Positions 41,459 to 52,017 of a DNA stretch of 64,000 bases are shown here, piece after piece. The DNA lies in contig JBOFUV010000102.1 in assembly GCA_051652765.1 (NCBI GenBank), forward strand, positions 1 to 64,000, written 5' to 3'. The first letter of the stretch is position 1, and the number at the start of each line of letters is the position of its first letter. Source of the DNA: Microcoleaceae cyanobacterium (GTDB taxonomy: Bacteria; Cyanobacteriota; Cyanobacteriia; Cyanobacteriales; Microcoleaceae). A model generated the notes under the pieces. It had not been told where the DNA came from and did not search any database. It worked only from the letters and a program-made list of their open reading frames with translations. The position numbers and the translations under genes were made by a program.

Positions 41459-43213
41459 TTGAACTCTAGTTATTGGCAACTTCTTCCCTATCTTCGACCG
41501 CAGTGGCCAACCATTACCAGAGCCCTGGCTTGTACCTTGGGATTCACCGTATTCTGGCCCTTGTTAGCCTGGTTAATGGGTCGAATGGCTGTTTATATCG
41601 GTCAGGGAGAGGTGAGGGCGATCGCCAATCTGGCTGGAGTTGCTGCCGTCATTTTCCTAGTGCGGGGAACCGTGCAATATGGCCAGGATACCTTGATCGC
41701 AAAAGCAGCCCTGTCCATTACTCTGAACCTGCGGAAGCAAACCTACGCTCATCTACATCGGCTGGAGGTGAGCTACTTTGAAACTGCAAAAACGGGGGAT
41801 TTGACCTATCGCCTGACGGAAGATATTGATCGAGTGGGGGAGGTGATTAATAAGTTTTTCCATCAGTTTGTGCCTTGTATTCTGCAACTGATTGTGGTGC
41901 TGGGCTACATGATCTATCTCAATTGGCAGCTCACCTCGGCAGCCTTGGTGATTGCCCCCTTGATGGCGGTATTAATTGGTTGGTTTGGGGAAAAGCTGCT
42001 TAAGTTTAGTCGGTATAGTCAGAATCGTTCCTCTAACTTGGCCTCTCTATTGACCGAAGTCTTTAGCGGGATTCGCTTGGTACAGGCATTTGCCGCCCAG
42101 GACTACGAAGTGACTCGGTTTACCGTCGAAGCTGAACAGAACCGTCGGGCCAAATTCCGCACCGAACAACTGAAAGCGCTGCAGTTTGTAGTAGTCGGTT
42201 TTTTAGAAGCGATGAGCGTGGTGGTGTTATTTTTGCTGGGAGGCTGGCAAATTTCCCAGGGAAATCTCACGGGGAGTGGGTTTATTAGTTACGTCACCGC
42301 AGTCGCATTGCTGATTGATCCGATTTCCCTAACCACAAGCAACTACAGTGAATTTAAAGAGGGAGAAGCCTCCTGGGATCGAATTGTAGAACTCTTGGCG
42401 ATTCAGCCTCAAATTATCGAGAAACCTGGAGCCACTGTCCTGCCCTCGGTTAGAGGCCGAGTTGAATATGATCAGGTTTCCTTTGCCTATGTTCCGAACC
42501 AACCGGTTTTAACGGCTGTGAGTTTGCGGGTAGAACCGGGGGAAGTAATTGCCTTGGTGGGGACTTCTGGAGCGGGAAAAACCACTCTGGTCAGTTTGTT
42601 GCCTCGATTTTATGATTGTCAACGGGGTCAAATTCTGATTGATGGAGTAGATATTCAAACGGTGACCCTAAATAGCTTGCGTCAACAGATTGGGATTGTT
42701 CCCCAAGAGGTTACTCTATTCTCTGGAACCATTGCTCAGAATATTGCCTTTGGTCAGGTCTATTATGACCTTGAGGAGGTTCAGACTGCTGCCGAAATTG
42801 CCAATGCCCACGGGTTTATTTCCCAGTTGCCTGAGGGATATCAAACTGCCGTCGGGGAACGGGGTGTAAACTTATCCGGGGGACAGCGCCAACGAATTTC
42901 TATTGCCCGTGCTGTGTTGCTCAATCCTAAGATTTTAATTTTAGATGAAGCAACTTCGGCCCTGGATTCCGAATCAGAAGCCTTAGTTCAAGAGGCGCTA
43001 GAACGTTTGATGCAGGGTCGAACGGTATTTATTATTGCCCATCGACTGGCCACTGTGCAGCGCTCTAACCGGATTATCGTCATGGAACGAGGCCAAATCA
43101 TTGAGTCCGGAACCCATGGGGAATTGTTGCAACGGGGCGATCGCTATGCTCAATTTTATGCTCAACAATTCAGAGGTCAGGAGAGACCCGGAATTATCGT
43201 TAAGTCAAATTAA
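41459..43213 (+). CDS. ABC transporter, fused permease/ATPase (MsbA-like)
   Basis: TM domain; GTSGAGKTT, LSGGQRQR, ILDEATSALD, IAHRL. Confidence 0.95.
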   Translation: MNSSYWQLLPYLRPQWPTITRALACTLGFTVFWPLLAWLMGRMAVYIGQGEVRAIANLAGVAAVIFLVRGTVQYGQDTLIAKAALSITLNLRKQTYAHLHRLEVSYFETAKTGDLTYRLTEDIDRVGEVINKFFHQFVPCILQLIVVLGYMIYLNWQLTSAALVIAPLMAVLIGWFGEKLLKFSRYSQNRSSNLASLLTEVFSGIRLVQAFAAQDYEVTRFTVEAEQNRRAKFRTEQLKALQFVVVGFLEAMSVVVLFLLGGWQISQGNLTGSGFISYVTAVALLIDPISLTTSNYSEFKEGEASWDRIVELLAIQPQIIEKPGATVLPSVRGRVEYDQVSFAYVPNQPVLTAVSLRVEPGEVIALVGTSGAGKTTLVSLLPRFYDCQRGQILIDGVDIQTVTLNSLRQQIGIVPQEVTLFSGTIAQNIAFGQVYYDLEEVQTAAEIANAHGFISQLPEGYQTAVGERGVNLSGGQRQRISIARAVLLNPKILILDEATSALDSESEALVQEALERLMQGRTVFIIAHRLATVQRSNRIIVMERGQIIESGTHGELLQRGDRYAQFYAQQFRGQERPGIIVKSN

Positions 43214-43254
43214 ATCAAGTTAAGTTAACTTAAATTCAGTAAGGTGAATCCGAT

Positions 43255-44418
43255 ATGACGCAGGCACGCAGTTATCAAATGACCTCTGACCGGGTTCACT
43301 TCTTTAGTGAACATAGCGGACAGGGTACACCGAACTTTCGGACTGACACACCTTATCCTCAAATTGTCTTATTTGATTACAACAATGAAGAGTTCACCAA
43401 GCGCGAGATTGAGCAACCCATCGACTGTGTGCCCTACCTAGAGCGTGAGTCAGTCACCTGGCTAGATGTCCGAGGCTTAGGGGGTGAGGAAACCTGGAGA
43501 CAACTCCAGAAGGTCTTTAATCTACATCCTTTGGCCCTGGAAGATATTATTCATGTTCCCCAACGACCTCATGTTGAAGAATATGACGACCAACTAGTGA
43601 TTATCGCTCGCATGATCACTTTGAAGCACGATCGCCGAGGATTCGTCAGTGAACAAGTGAGTTTTATTCTGGGGCAGTCTTACCTGGTGACGGTGCAAGA
43701 GGAGCCAGATTATGATTGCTTAGAGTTTGTTCGATCCCGGATCAGTACTCATAAATCAAACCTGCGAAAATCAGGGGCCGACTACTTGGCCTATGTATTG
43801 CTTGATGCGATTATCGATGGGTTTTTTCCAGTTTTAGAAATGTATGGAGAACTGATTGAAGATCTAGAGGCAGAAGTGATTGCCGCCCCCACACCCAAAA
43901 CCTTGGCAACGATTTATGAAATTAAGCGGGAACTGTTGATCATGCGCCGTGCGATTTGGCCCCAGCGCGATGTCCTCAATTCTCTCATTCGGGATGGTAG
44001 TGAGCTAATCAGTGACAATGTGCGGCTCTACTTGCGAGATTCCTACGACCATGCTGTTCAAGTTTTAGATGTTGTTGAAACATACCGAGAGCTTGCCTCT
44101 AGCTTGACAGACATTTATCTGTCTTCTGTCAGCAATCGCATGAATGAGGTGATGAAGATCTTAACCATTATTTCCAGTATTTTCGTTCCCCTGACCTTTG
44201 TCGCTGGAGTTTATGGGATGAACTTCAACACCGAAACATCTCCGTTTAACATGCCCGAACTGGACTGGTACTGGGGGTATGTTGCCAGTTTAGGGGTGAT
44301 GTTGATCATCGCGATCGCCATGATAGGCTTCTTCTGGCGTAGAGGATGGTTCAAAGACTTTACTCGAGTTAAAACTACGCGCATCAAAAAGCGATCAGAC
44401 AATCCCAATGATGGGTGA
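43255..44418 (+). CDS. corA: Magnesium/cobalt transporter CorA
   Basis: HPLALEDI, EQVSF, N..MK.LT, YGMNF, MPEL. Confidence 0.95.
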   Translation: MTQARSYQMTSDRVHFFSEHSGQGTPNFRTDTPYPQIVLFDYNNEEFTKREIEQPIDCVPYLERESVTWLDVRGLGGEETWRQLQKVFNLHPLALEDIIHVPQRPHVEEYDDQLVIIARMITLKHDRRGFVSEQVSFILGQSYLVTVQEEPDYDCLEFVRSRISTHKSNLRKSGADYLAYVLLDAIIDGFFPVLEMYGELIEDLEAEVIAAPTPKTLATIYEIKRELLIMRRAIWPQRDVLNSLIRDGSELISDNVRLYLRDSYDHAVQVLDVVETYRELASSLTDIYLSSVSNRMNEVMKILTIISSIFVPLTFVAGVYGMNFNTETSPFNMPELDWYWGYVASLGVMLIIAIAMIGFFWRRGWFKDFTRVKTTRIKKRSDNPNDG

Positions 44419-44542
44419 AAAGGAAATAGACGGGGAATAGATAACTGCGGCAACCTTACTCAATATGAGCCTGTCAAGCCTTAACGTTACACAGGTCTAG
44501 GGATCTACTGTCAGATGTAGAGCTGCCTCTGGGTAAACAGCG

Positions 44543-45451
44543 TCAAGGAATAGAAACAGTCTGCAAAAGTTGCTCAACGATTGTTCTGGCTCGTCTTCCG
44601 CCTGCCGGGATCAGACGATGAGATAGGACAGAGGAACTTAGGAACTTAATATCATCTGGAATCACATAATCTCGCCCATTAAGAAAGGCGAATGTTTGAG
44701 CGGCTCGATGGAGGGCGATCGCTCCCCTAGGGCTAACCCCTAGAGTGACTTCTTCATGGTCTCTCGTCTGTCTAACTAGAGCCAAAATGTATTGCTGCAA
44801 AGACGTTTCAACTTTGACTTGGGTACAGAGTTTCTGCAGATCCAGAATCTCTTGCAGATCAAGGCAGGGTTGTAGATTGTCCGTGCTAATGCCTTGAGAC
44901 AATCGCTGCAACATTTGCAACTCCTCAGATTCGGTGGGATATCCCAGGGTTAGAGACAGCAGAAACCGATCCATTTGAGCTTCTGGCAACGGAAACGTTC
45001 CCTGGTATTCAATCGGGTTCTGGGTTGCAATTACAAAGAATGGCGGAGAAACCGGGCGGGAAACCCCATCAACGGTGACTTGCCGCTCTTCCATCACCTC
45101 CAAGAGTGCAGATTGAGTTCGAGGGGTCGCTCGGTTGATTTCATCGGTCAGGAGAACATTGGCAAATACCGGCCCTGGAATAAATTCAAACTCTCCGGTT
45201 CGAGGATTCCAGATGTTTGTACCCGTGATGTCTGTTGGTAGTAAATCGGGAGTGCATTGAATCCGATGAAATTGTCCGGCAATGGAGCGAGCCAGAGACT
45301 TTGCCAGTAGGGTTTTGCCGACCCCCGGTACATCTTCAAGGAGAGCGTGGCCACCTGATAATAGGGCTACCAAGGTTAACTGAATTGCCTCAGCTTTGCC
45401 AACAATCGTTTGACTCAAATTTTGCTTCAGGCGCTCAATTCGATCTCTCAT
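44543..45451 (-). CDS. MoxR family AAA+ ATPase
   Basis: EDVPGVGKT, RIQCTPDLLP.D, DEINRA.P.TQSALLE, ATQNP.E..GT.PLPEAQ.DRF. Confidence 0.95.
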   Translation of the reverse strand: MRDRIERLKQNLSQTIVGKAEAIQLTLVALLSGGHALLEDVPGVGKTLLAKSLARSIAGQFHRIQCTPDLLPTDITGTNIWNPRTGEFEFIPGPVFANVLLTDEINRATPRTQSALLEVMEERQVTVDGVSRPVSPPFFVIATQNPIEYQGTFPLPEAQMDRFLLSLTLGYPTESEELQMLQRLSQGISTDNLQPCLDLQEILDLQKLCTQVKVETSLQQYILALVRQTRDHEEVTLGVSPRGAIALHRAAQTFAFLNGRDYVIPDDIKFLSSSVLSHRLIPAGGRRARTIVEQLLQTVSIP

Positions 45452-45473
45452 TCCAGTTGCTTTAAAGGTCAGT

Positions 45474-45589
45474 TACAGCAGTTTTGCAGTCGGTTTTGAA
45501 GTCAGTGAGAGAGATCTTAGCCCTAGATTCCCCTCGTCAAGGAGGATTTAGGGAATTGGTCTGTATTGTATCTGACCGAAAACCGCTAT
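45474..45589. mobile_element. Degenerate MITE-like repeat, copy 2
   Basis: tacagcagtttt...aaaaccgctat ends; internal aaggaggatttaggga; parallels 1154-1260. Confidence 0.55.
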
Positions 45590-45844
45590 GACTCAGTTTA
45601 AGTTAAAAATCTTGGGAGTGATGCACTTGCCCCTTAAATCTCCTAATTCTGGAGACTTTGAATCCGCCTCCCCATCCTAAAATCTTGGGCAGCCAGGGTT
45701 TTAGAAAGTTAGCAAAGTTTTGAACAAATGCTCAACCAGTCAGGGGTTAGATCGGTTGCCCATACTATTGTCTGCGCTTGAGGGCTGCTGTTGGAAAACG
45801 CTAAAGTAACGGCAGAAACAGTTAATACTTTTTGGTGCTTAACA

Positions 45845-46518
45845 ATGACTTGGAGAACATTGGGGTTTGGGCTGCTGTGGATTGGGCTGATAGTCTATGC
45901 CTTTGGGTTTGCCCCCCTGATCAACCCGATACCTTGACGTTGATTCAGAATCTGTCTACCGGACAGTGGCAGGGCATTAACCCTTGGGTGATTTCACTAT
46001 TCAACTTGATGGGAATTTGGCCCTTGGTTTACGGCTGTGTTTTATTTGTCGATGGTCGAGGACAAAGGATTCGGGCGTGGCCCTTTGTGATCGGGTCTTT
46101 TGGGGTAGGAGCATTTGCCATATTGCCTTACCTAGCGCTGCGTCACCCCAACCCCAGGTTTAGTGGGCCGAAGAATACCTTTTTGCAATTGTGGGATAGC
46201 CAATTGACGGCGATTCTGTTGATGTTGGGGGCGATCGCCTTACTGGTTTATGGTTTGACTCAGGGAAACTGGCCTGACTTTGTCCAACAATGGCAAACCA
46301 GTCGCTTCATTCATGTCATGAGTCTTGACTTTTGTCTTCTGAGCATTTTATTTTCGACTTTGCTCGGGGATGACATGGCTCGACGGGGCATGGATCGTCC
46401 AACGCTGTTTTGGATTGTCGCATTCCTGCCGTTGATTGGGCCATTGGTTTATCTATTGGTCAGGTCTCCCTTAGTTGCAGTTGAAGTTGAACACTTGACT
46501 TCACAGTCATCCGCCTAA
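45845..46518 (+). pseudogene. DUF2834-like membrane protein, frameshifted at a C6 run (or sequencing error)
   Basis: ATG 45845 gives MTWRTLGFGLLWIGLIVYAFGFAP, then the long frame resumes PDQPDT...; C run 45912-45917 is one C short of an in-frame join. Confidence 0.7.
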
Positions 46519-46802
46519 CGGTTAGGATTAGGAGCCAGAACTTAAAATTACGTAAATTCTTGAACGGAAGATGGTTGATTATTTTTATCCCGTGCTAATC
46601 TACAGAGAAGCATAGGGCTGGCAACCTATCTTGTCCTCTACCAAAGGGCTTGGGCGGTTAAGGGCCTGTTAAGATTTAAAGCGGTCAAGGATTAAGCTTC
46701 TAGGGTCAAGAAGTTTAAGTTTTGTGCTCTAGTTCTTAACCTTATGCCAAGCAGTTTAGAGTATTCTGCCAAGGTGGTCTAGCATCACCTTCTCAAAAGT
46801 CA

Positions 46803-48371
46803 ATGGATAACCAGCAAGCCGTTTCTAGACAACTTCTCTTCTTGTTCCTGAGTACGCTCCTGGGTGCTTGTGCAGCCCAACCTCAAGCCGCAACTCCTCC
46901 TCCTGTTGCTGTGGTCATTGGTCGGGTAGAGTCAACCGATGTGAAAGATAGTACGATTTATAACGCCAGAGTGGAGGGAGTTGATAATGCTGTGATTCGG
47001 CCTCGGGTTGAAGGAATAGTCAAGCAAGTTTATGTTAGTTTGGGCGACAGCATTGAGGAAGGGGAACCCCTACTCTTGATTGATCCTGCACAGCAGCAAG
47101 CCAATTTAGCGAGTAGACTAGCTACCGTTGAGTCGAGGCGCTCACAAGTTGAGGTGGCAAGGGCAGAGCTTGCAGGTGCAGAAGCTGAGTTGAAGCGGAC
47201 TCAAGCCGAGCTTGAGTTTCAGTCTCAGGGAGCAAACTTAGATCAGAGTCAACAGGGAGTCGCAGCCCAAAAGCAAGAAGAAGAGAGACTTCGATTTGAG
47301 TTGGAAAACGCAAAGAAGACTTTACAAGCACAACGACAGGAACTCGTGCGACGGCAGGCCATTCAAACTGAGCGGCAGGCATCCTTTAGTCGCTATGATG
47401 AGCTTTATCAAGAGGGAGTTGTCTCTCGAGAAGTTTACGACGAACGACTCCGGGATCGAGAAACCAGTGAAGCGGATGTGGCCACTCAAGCCGAAAGGGT
47501 GCGAGCGGCTGAATCCAGTGTCGAAAGTGCCAGGAGAGGTCTAGCTCGACAGGGAAGTAACATTGCAGGGGCCCAAGCCGGAGTCAAAAGTGCTGAGAAT
47601 GATTTGGCCCGACAAGTGACCACTCTGGAAGCCCAACTTGAGAGGCAAAAACGCAACATCCAGGCAGGGCAGGCTCGGATTGATTCACTGCAGCGGGAAA
47701 TTCAGGGCGCTCAAGCAGATGCTGTTGGTCAACAAGTTCAACTTGAGTTTTACAATGTCATTGCTCCAATTAATGGAATTGTGGGGAACGTTCCCGTTAA
47801 GGTCGGAGATCTGGTCAACAGTCAGACGGAAGTGACCAGTATCCGCAGTAATACGCAGCTAGAAGTCAATATTGAAATTCCAGTTGAAAAACTTGCTCAA
47901 GTTCGCGTTGGTACGCCCGTTGAAATCATTAGTCAAGACACTGGGGGATCTGTAGGAACCAGCCGGGTTTCCTATATTGCACCCAGTGCAGGTCAGACCC
48001 AAACTATTTTAGTCAAGGCGATCTACGACAACACTGACGGTCAACTGCGAACGGATCAGATTGTGCGCGCCAGAGTCATTTGGCAGCAAAAACCAGGGTT
48101 GACAGTTCCGACGACTGCTGTGAGTCGAATTGGGGGCCAGAGTTTTGTGTTTGTTGTAGAGGAGGACAATACAGAAGGCCAACAGAGAGAGGTTGCCAGA
48201 CAAAGACCTGTGCAGTTAGGGAGTATTCAAGGCCAAAGCTATGCGGTGATCTCCGGGATAACGGCAGGCGATCGCATTGTAACCGATGGGATTGTGAAGT
48301 TGCGAGATGGCCTTGCCGTGACTGATCAATCTCCCCTCCAGCCCGGTGAATCGTCCCAGCAAAGTCCTTAA
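46803..48371 (+). CDS. RND efflux periplasmic adaptor (MFP) lipoprotein with extended coiled coil
   Basis: Lipobox LLGAC; IRPRVEG; APING.VG; V.GD.V; VPTTAV. Confidence 0.9.
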   Translation: MDNQQAVSRQLLFLFLSTLLGACAAQPQAATPPPVAVVIGRVESTDVKDSTIYNARVEGVDNAVIRPRVEGIVKQVYVSLGDSIEEGEPLLLIDPAQQQANLASRLATVESRRSQVEVARAELAGAEAELKRTQAELEFQSQGANLDQSQQGVAAQKQEEERLRFELENAKKTLQAQRQELVRRQAIQTERQASFSRYDELYQEGVVSREVYDERLRDRETSEADVATQAERVRAAESSVESARRGLARQGSNIAGAQAGVKSAENDLARQVTTLEAQLERQKRNIQAGQARIDSLQREIQGAQADAVGQQVQLEFYNVIAPINGIVGNVPVKVGDLVNSQTEVTSIRSNTQLEVNIEIPVEKLAQVRVGTPVEIISQDTGGSVGTSRVSYIAPSAGQTQTILVKAIYDNTDGQLRTDQIVRARVIWQQKPGLTVPTTAVSRIGGQSFVFVVEEDNTEGQQREVARQRPVQLGSIQGQSYAVISGITAGDRIVTDGIVKLRDGLAVTDQSPLQPGESSQQSP

Positions 48372-48634
48372 ACGGTTGGCTGCGGGAAATTGTTGATCCG
48401 TATGTGAATCTCGTTATAATCTGACTTATTGAATAATTGAGTTTAATCAGCATTACTGTAGTCAAAATGCAAGTTTCGGTGGCGAACCTATTGCTCCGAA
48501 GCAGTTCTGAAACAATATTGGGAGGCATTGGTGAACTTTGTGGCCTAGGGCGTTGTGAGAGGAATCTTTTTGAATGACCATTGGCTGAATTTGTTTGGGT
48601 AACTTGAAATCTAGCTGTTCTATCCCACTTCTTT

Positions 48635-51600
48635 ATGCTCCTGTTTGTTAGCGCCTTTATCAAGCGACCTGTTCTTACGACGGTCTTGACTATTCTGATT
48701 CTTCTGATAGGAGCAGTCTGTATTCCGCTCCTACCGATTACGCAACTGCCCCAACTGGCCAACACTCAGATCAATGTAACGTCAATCAATATTGGTTCAG
48801 ATGCAGAGACGACAGAAACCACGGTAACCACCCTCTTAGAGCGTGAGATTAACGGGGTAGAGAACATGAAGTACATTAGCTCCAACACAGGGAATAATGG
48901 ATCTTCTAGTATTTCAGTCGTGTTTCCAGTGGAGGTGGATAGGAACGTCGCTCAAGTTAACGTTCAAAACCGCGTTTCTCAGGCAGAGCCTAGCTTACCC
49001 CAGAGTGTTCGGCAAACTGGAATTCGGGTCGAGGCAGCGTCTCCCAGTATTCTGTTGTTGGCCGCGTTTTATTCAGATACGGATGAAAATGGCAAATTTA
49101 TCTACGATGACATTTTCATGAGTAACTACATGGATCTGAATGTGACCGACCAGATCAGGCGGATTGACGGGGTAGGTCAAGCACAGATCTTTGGAGAACG
49201 GAAGTATGCGATGCGGCTCTGGCTCGATCCTAAGCGGATGGCGGCACGGGGATTATCCGCTCAAGATGTGGCTAGTGCATTGCAAGAACAGAATATTCAA
49301 GTTGGAGCGGGTAAAATTGGTCAAGCCCCAACCCCAGAGGAACAACGCTTTGAGATTCCCCTCCAAGCCGTAGGACGCTTGAGAACCATAGAAGAGTTTG
49401 AGGATCTGGTACTCAAGCAGGGAGAGAACGGCAATCTAGTCACAATTCGTGATGTGGGTCGAGCAGAACTAGGAGCGCAAGGGTACGATACAGTTGCAAC
49501 CTATAAAGGTCAACCGACCGTTGGCCTTGCGATCTATCAGGTTCCAGGGAGCAACGCCCTAAATGTTGCCAGTCGAGTCAAGGCAACAGTTGAAGAATTG
49601 AGCAAGACTTTCCCCCCTGGTTTAAACTACGACATTCCTTACGACACAACTTTGTTTATCACGACTTCTTTGAGGGAGGTGGTGATAACCCTCGTTCAAG
49701 CCATCGGCCTTGTTATCTTAATTTTGTTCATCTTTCTCCAAGACTGGCGAGCGACCATAATTCCAGCGGTTGCCATTCCAGTGTCATTGATTGGAGCCAT
49801 GAGTGGGCTGAAAATAGTAGGGTTTGAGCTAAATACTTTGACGCTGTTCGCCTGCACCTTGGCGGCAGGTTTGGTGGTGGATGATGCGATCGTAATTGTA
49901 GAAGCCGTTGCCCTCAAAATTGGCCAAGGGATGAAAGGCCGCCAAGCCGCTTTGGATACGATGCAGGAACTCACCGGAGCTATCATTGCCACTTCCTTGG
50001 TACTGTTGGCAGTGTTTATTCCAGTTTCCTTCTTTCCTGGCACGGTAGGGATTATCTTTAAGCAATTTTCCCTGACTATTGTGTTCGCTGTCTTTTTCTC
50101 TACGTTAAACGCCCTGACCTTTTCTCCGACTATGTCAGCGATCCTTCTCCGACCCAAACAAGAAGTGACTGGGCCATTAGGATGGTTTTTTGACAAATTT
50201 AATCAGGGCTTTGATTGGGTACAGAGTCAGTATGGTAAGTTGATTGCTTTTTTAATCCGGATCAATACTCTGGTTATGGGGCTGTTTATTGGGGGATTGA
50301 TATTAACTGCTCTGATGTATACCTGGGTTCCCGCAGGGTTTGTTCCAGAAGAAGATCAGGGCTATTTTATTGTGCTGTTTCAAGCTCCAGATGGCGTTTC
50401 CGTCAACTATACGGCCAAAGCATCTGAGCAGATTACAGATAGACTACTCGATATCCCCGAGGTGGAAGCAACCTTTGGCGTTTCGGGCTTTGGCTTTGAC
50501 GGTGTGAATCCTAGCCAGGGAATCATGTTTGTGACCCTCAAGCCTTGGGAAGAACGTCCCGGAGAAGAAAAATCAGTCTACGGCCTGCTGCGTCAGGCAA
50601 ATTTATCATTGCAAAGCGTTAAGGAGCTGAGGGCGTTTGCGGTGAATGCCCCGGCGATCCAAGGAGCAAGCAGCACAGGGGGATTTGAGTTTCAGGTGCA
50701 GGATCGGGGTGGAAATTTACCGATTTCTGCCCTGCTAGATAACGGCAACAGAGTCATCGCTGCTGCCAACTCAGAGCAACATCCTGCCATTGGGAATGCC
50801 TTTAGTCAATTTTCAGCCAGCAAAGCCCAGAAAAAAATTGAGGTGTTGCGGGATCGGGCCAAAGCTCTCAACGTTAATGTAGATGATATTTTTAGAACCC
50901 TGCAAATTTATTTAGGTTCCTCCTACGTGAATGACTTTGTTCTGGGACAGCGGCAATATCGGGTTGTTGTGCAGGCGGATCAAGCGTCTCGAAGCAGCCC
51001 AGATGATATTCGTCAGCTCTATGTTTCCTCGCGAGATGGCAACATGGTTCCCCTAGACAACTTAATTAGGACTACCGACTTTACTGGGCCAGAAACCATT
51101 AGTCACTTCAATATCTTTCGCTCCATGAAGGTTCAGGGATCAACTGCCCCTGGCTTCGGTTCAGGCCAGTCGATTGAGCAGATGGAGCAGGCTGCAGAGG
51201 CCAACCTTGAGCCCGGTTTTGGCTATGCTTGGCAAGGTTCGGCGCTAGATGAAAAATCCTCTGGTTCCCCGTTGGTGATTTTTGGATTGGGCTTCGTGAT
51301 TGTGTTTCTGGTTCTGGCGGCCCAGTACGAGAGCTACATTGACCCGTTGATTATCATGTTGTCAGTTCCCTTAGCAGTTTTAGGGGCACTTTTAGCAGTT
51401 TGGTTTCGATCCAATGTGCTAATGGCAGGGGGGCTATGGCCCGTAGTCACGAATGATGTCTACTGTCAGGTGGCCTTGGTCATGTTGATCGGCTTGGCTT
51501 CCAAGAACTCTATTCTCATCGTGGAGTTTGCCAACCAGTTGAAGGACAAGGGATTGAGCATCTCTCGGGCCGCAGTACAAGCAGGAGAACAGCGATTTCG

Positions 51601-52000
51601 CCCCATTCAGATGACGGCGATATCTAGCCTCGTTGGTTTCTGGCCATTGGTTGTAGCAACGGGGGCAGGTTCTGCTAGTCGCTGGTCTCTGGGAACGGCT
51701 ATTTTTGGGGGAATGTTGGTGGGAACTGTGCTGAGTTTGTTGATCACCCCCAACTTGTATGTTGCAATCAAAAACCTGGAAAGTCGTTTTCTCAAGGGAG
51801 AAAAGCCTGACAAGCCCGATAAATCTGATAGTCCAAAACTTCCCAGGCAGGGGCAAGGAGAGTCTTCGCACACTGAGAAGCAGATGGAAGAAGGAATTCC
51901 TCAGAATGGTAAAACACTAGAAGAATCAGAGGAGCCAGAAGTTCCAGAAGCTCCTAAATCCCCTGCTCAATCGGATGAAGTGTTCCGAAACAAAGGTTAA
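48635..52000 (+). CDS. RND efflux permease (HAE1/AcrB family)
   Basis: FIKRPV, AMRLWLDP, GLVVDDAIVIVE, F.PEEDQG, LAAQYES, KNSILIVEFA, RFRPI.MT. Confidence 0.96.
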   Translation: MLLFVSAFIKRPVLTTVLTILILLIGAVCIPLLPITQLPQLANTQINVTSINIGSDAETTETTVTTLLEREINGVENMKYISSNTGNNGSSSISVVFPVEVDRNVAQVNVQNRVSQAEPSLPQSVRQTGIRVEAASPSILLLAAFYSDTDENGKFIYDDIFMSNYMDLNVTDQIRRIDGVGQAQIFGERKYAMRLWLDPKRMAARGLSAQDVASALQEQNIQVGAGKIGQAPTPEEQRFEIPLQAVGRLRTIEEFEDLVLKQGENGNLVTIRDVGRAELGAQGYDTVATYKGQPTVGLAIYQVPGSNALNVASRVKATVEELSKTFPPGLNYDIPYDTTLFITTSLREVVITLVQAIGLVILILFIFLQDWRATIIPAVAIPVSLIGAMSGLKIVGFELNTLTLFACTLAAGLVVDDAIVIVEAVALKIGQGMKGRQAALDTMQELTGAIIATSLVLLAVFIPVSFFPGTVGIIFKQFSLTIVFAVFFSTLNALTFSPTMSAILLRPKQEVTGPLGWFFDKFNQGFDWVQSQYGKLIAFLIRINTLVMGLFIGGLILTALMYTWVPAGFVPEEDQGYFIVLFQAPDGVSVNYTAKASEQITDRLLDIPEVEATFGVSGFGFDGVNPSQGIMFVTLKPWEERPGEEKSVYGLLRQANLSLQSVKELRAFAVNAPAIQGASSTGGFEFQVQDRGGNLPISALLDNGNRVIAAANSEQHPAIGNAFSQFSASKAQKKIEVLRDRAKALNVNVDDIFRTLQIYLGSSYVNDFVLGQRQYRVVVQADQASRSSPDDIRQLYVSSRDGNMVPLDNLIRTTDFTGPETISHFNIFRSMKVQGSTAPGFGSGQSIEQMEQAAEANLEPGFGYAWQGSALDEKSSGSPLVIFGLGFVIVFLVLAAQYESYIDPLIIMLSVPLAVLGALLAVWFRSNVLMAGGLWPVVTNDVYCQVALVMLIGLASKNSILIVEFANQLKDKGLSISRAAVQAGEQRFRPIQMTAISSLVGFWPLVVATGAGSASRWSLGTAIFGGMLVGTVLSLLITPNLYVAIKNLESRFLKGEKPDKPDKSDSPKLPRQGQGESSHTEKQMEEGIPQNGKTLEESEEPEVPEAPKSPAQSDEVFRNKG

Positions 52001-52017
52001 TCTCGCAATAACAACCC

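Noticed and set aside
48076..48765. 229-aa - strand ORF
   Set aside because: Overlaps both RND genes antisense; no recognisable motifs
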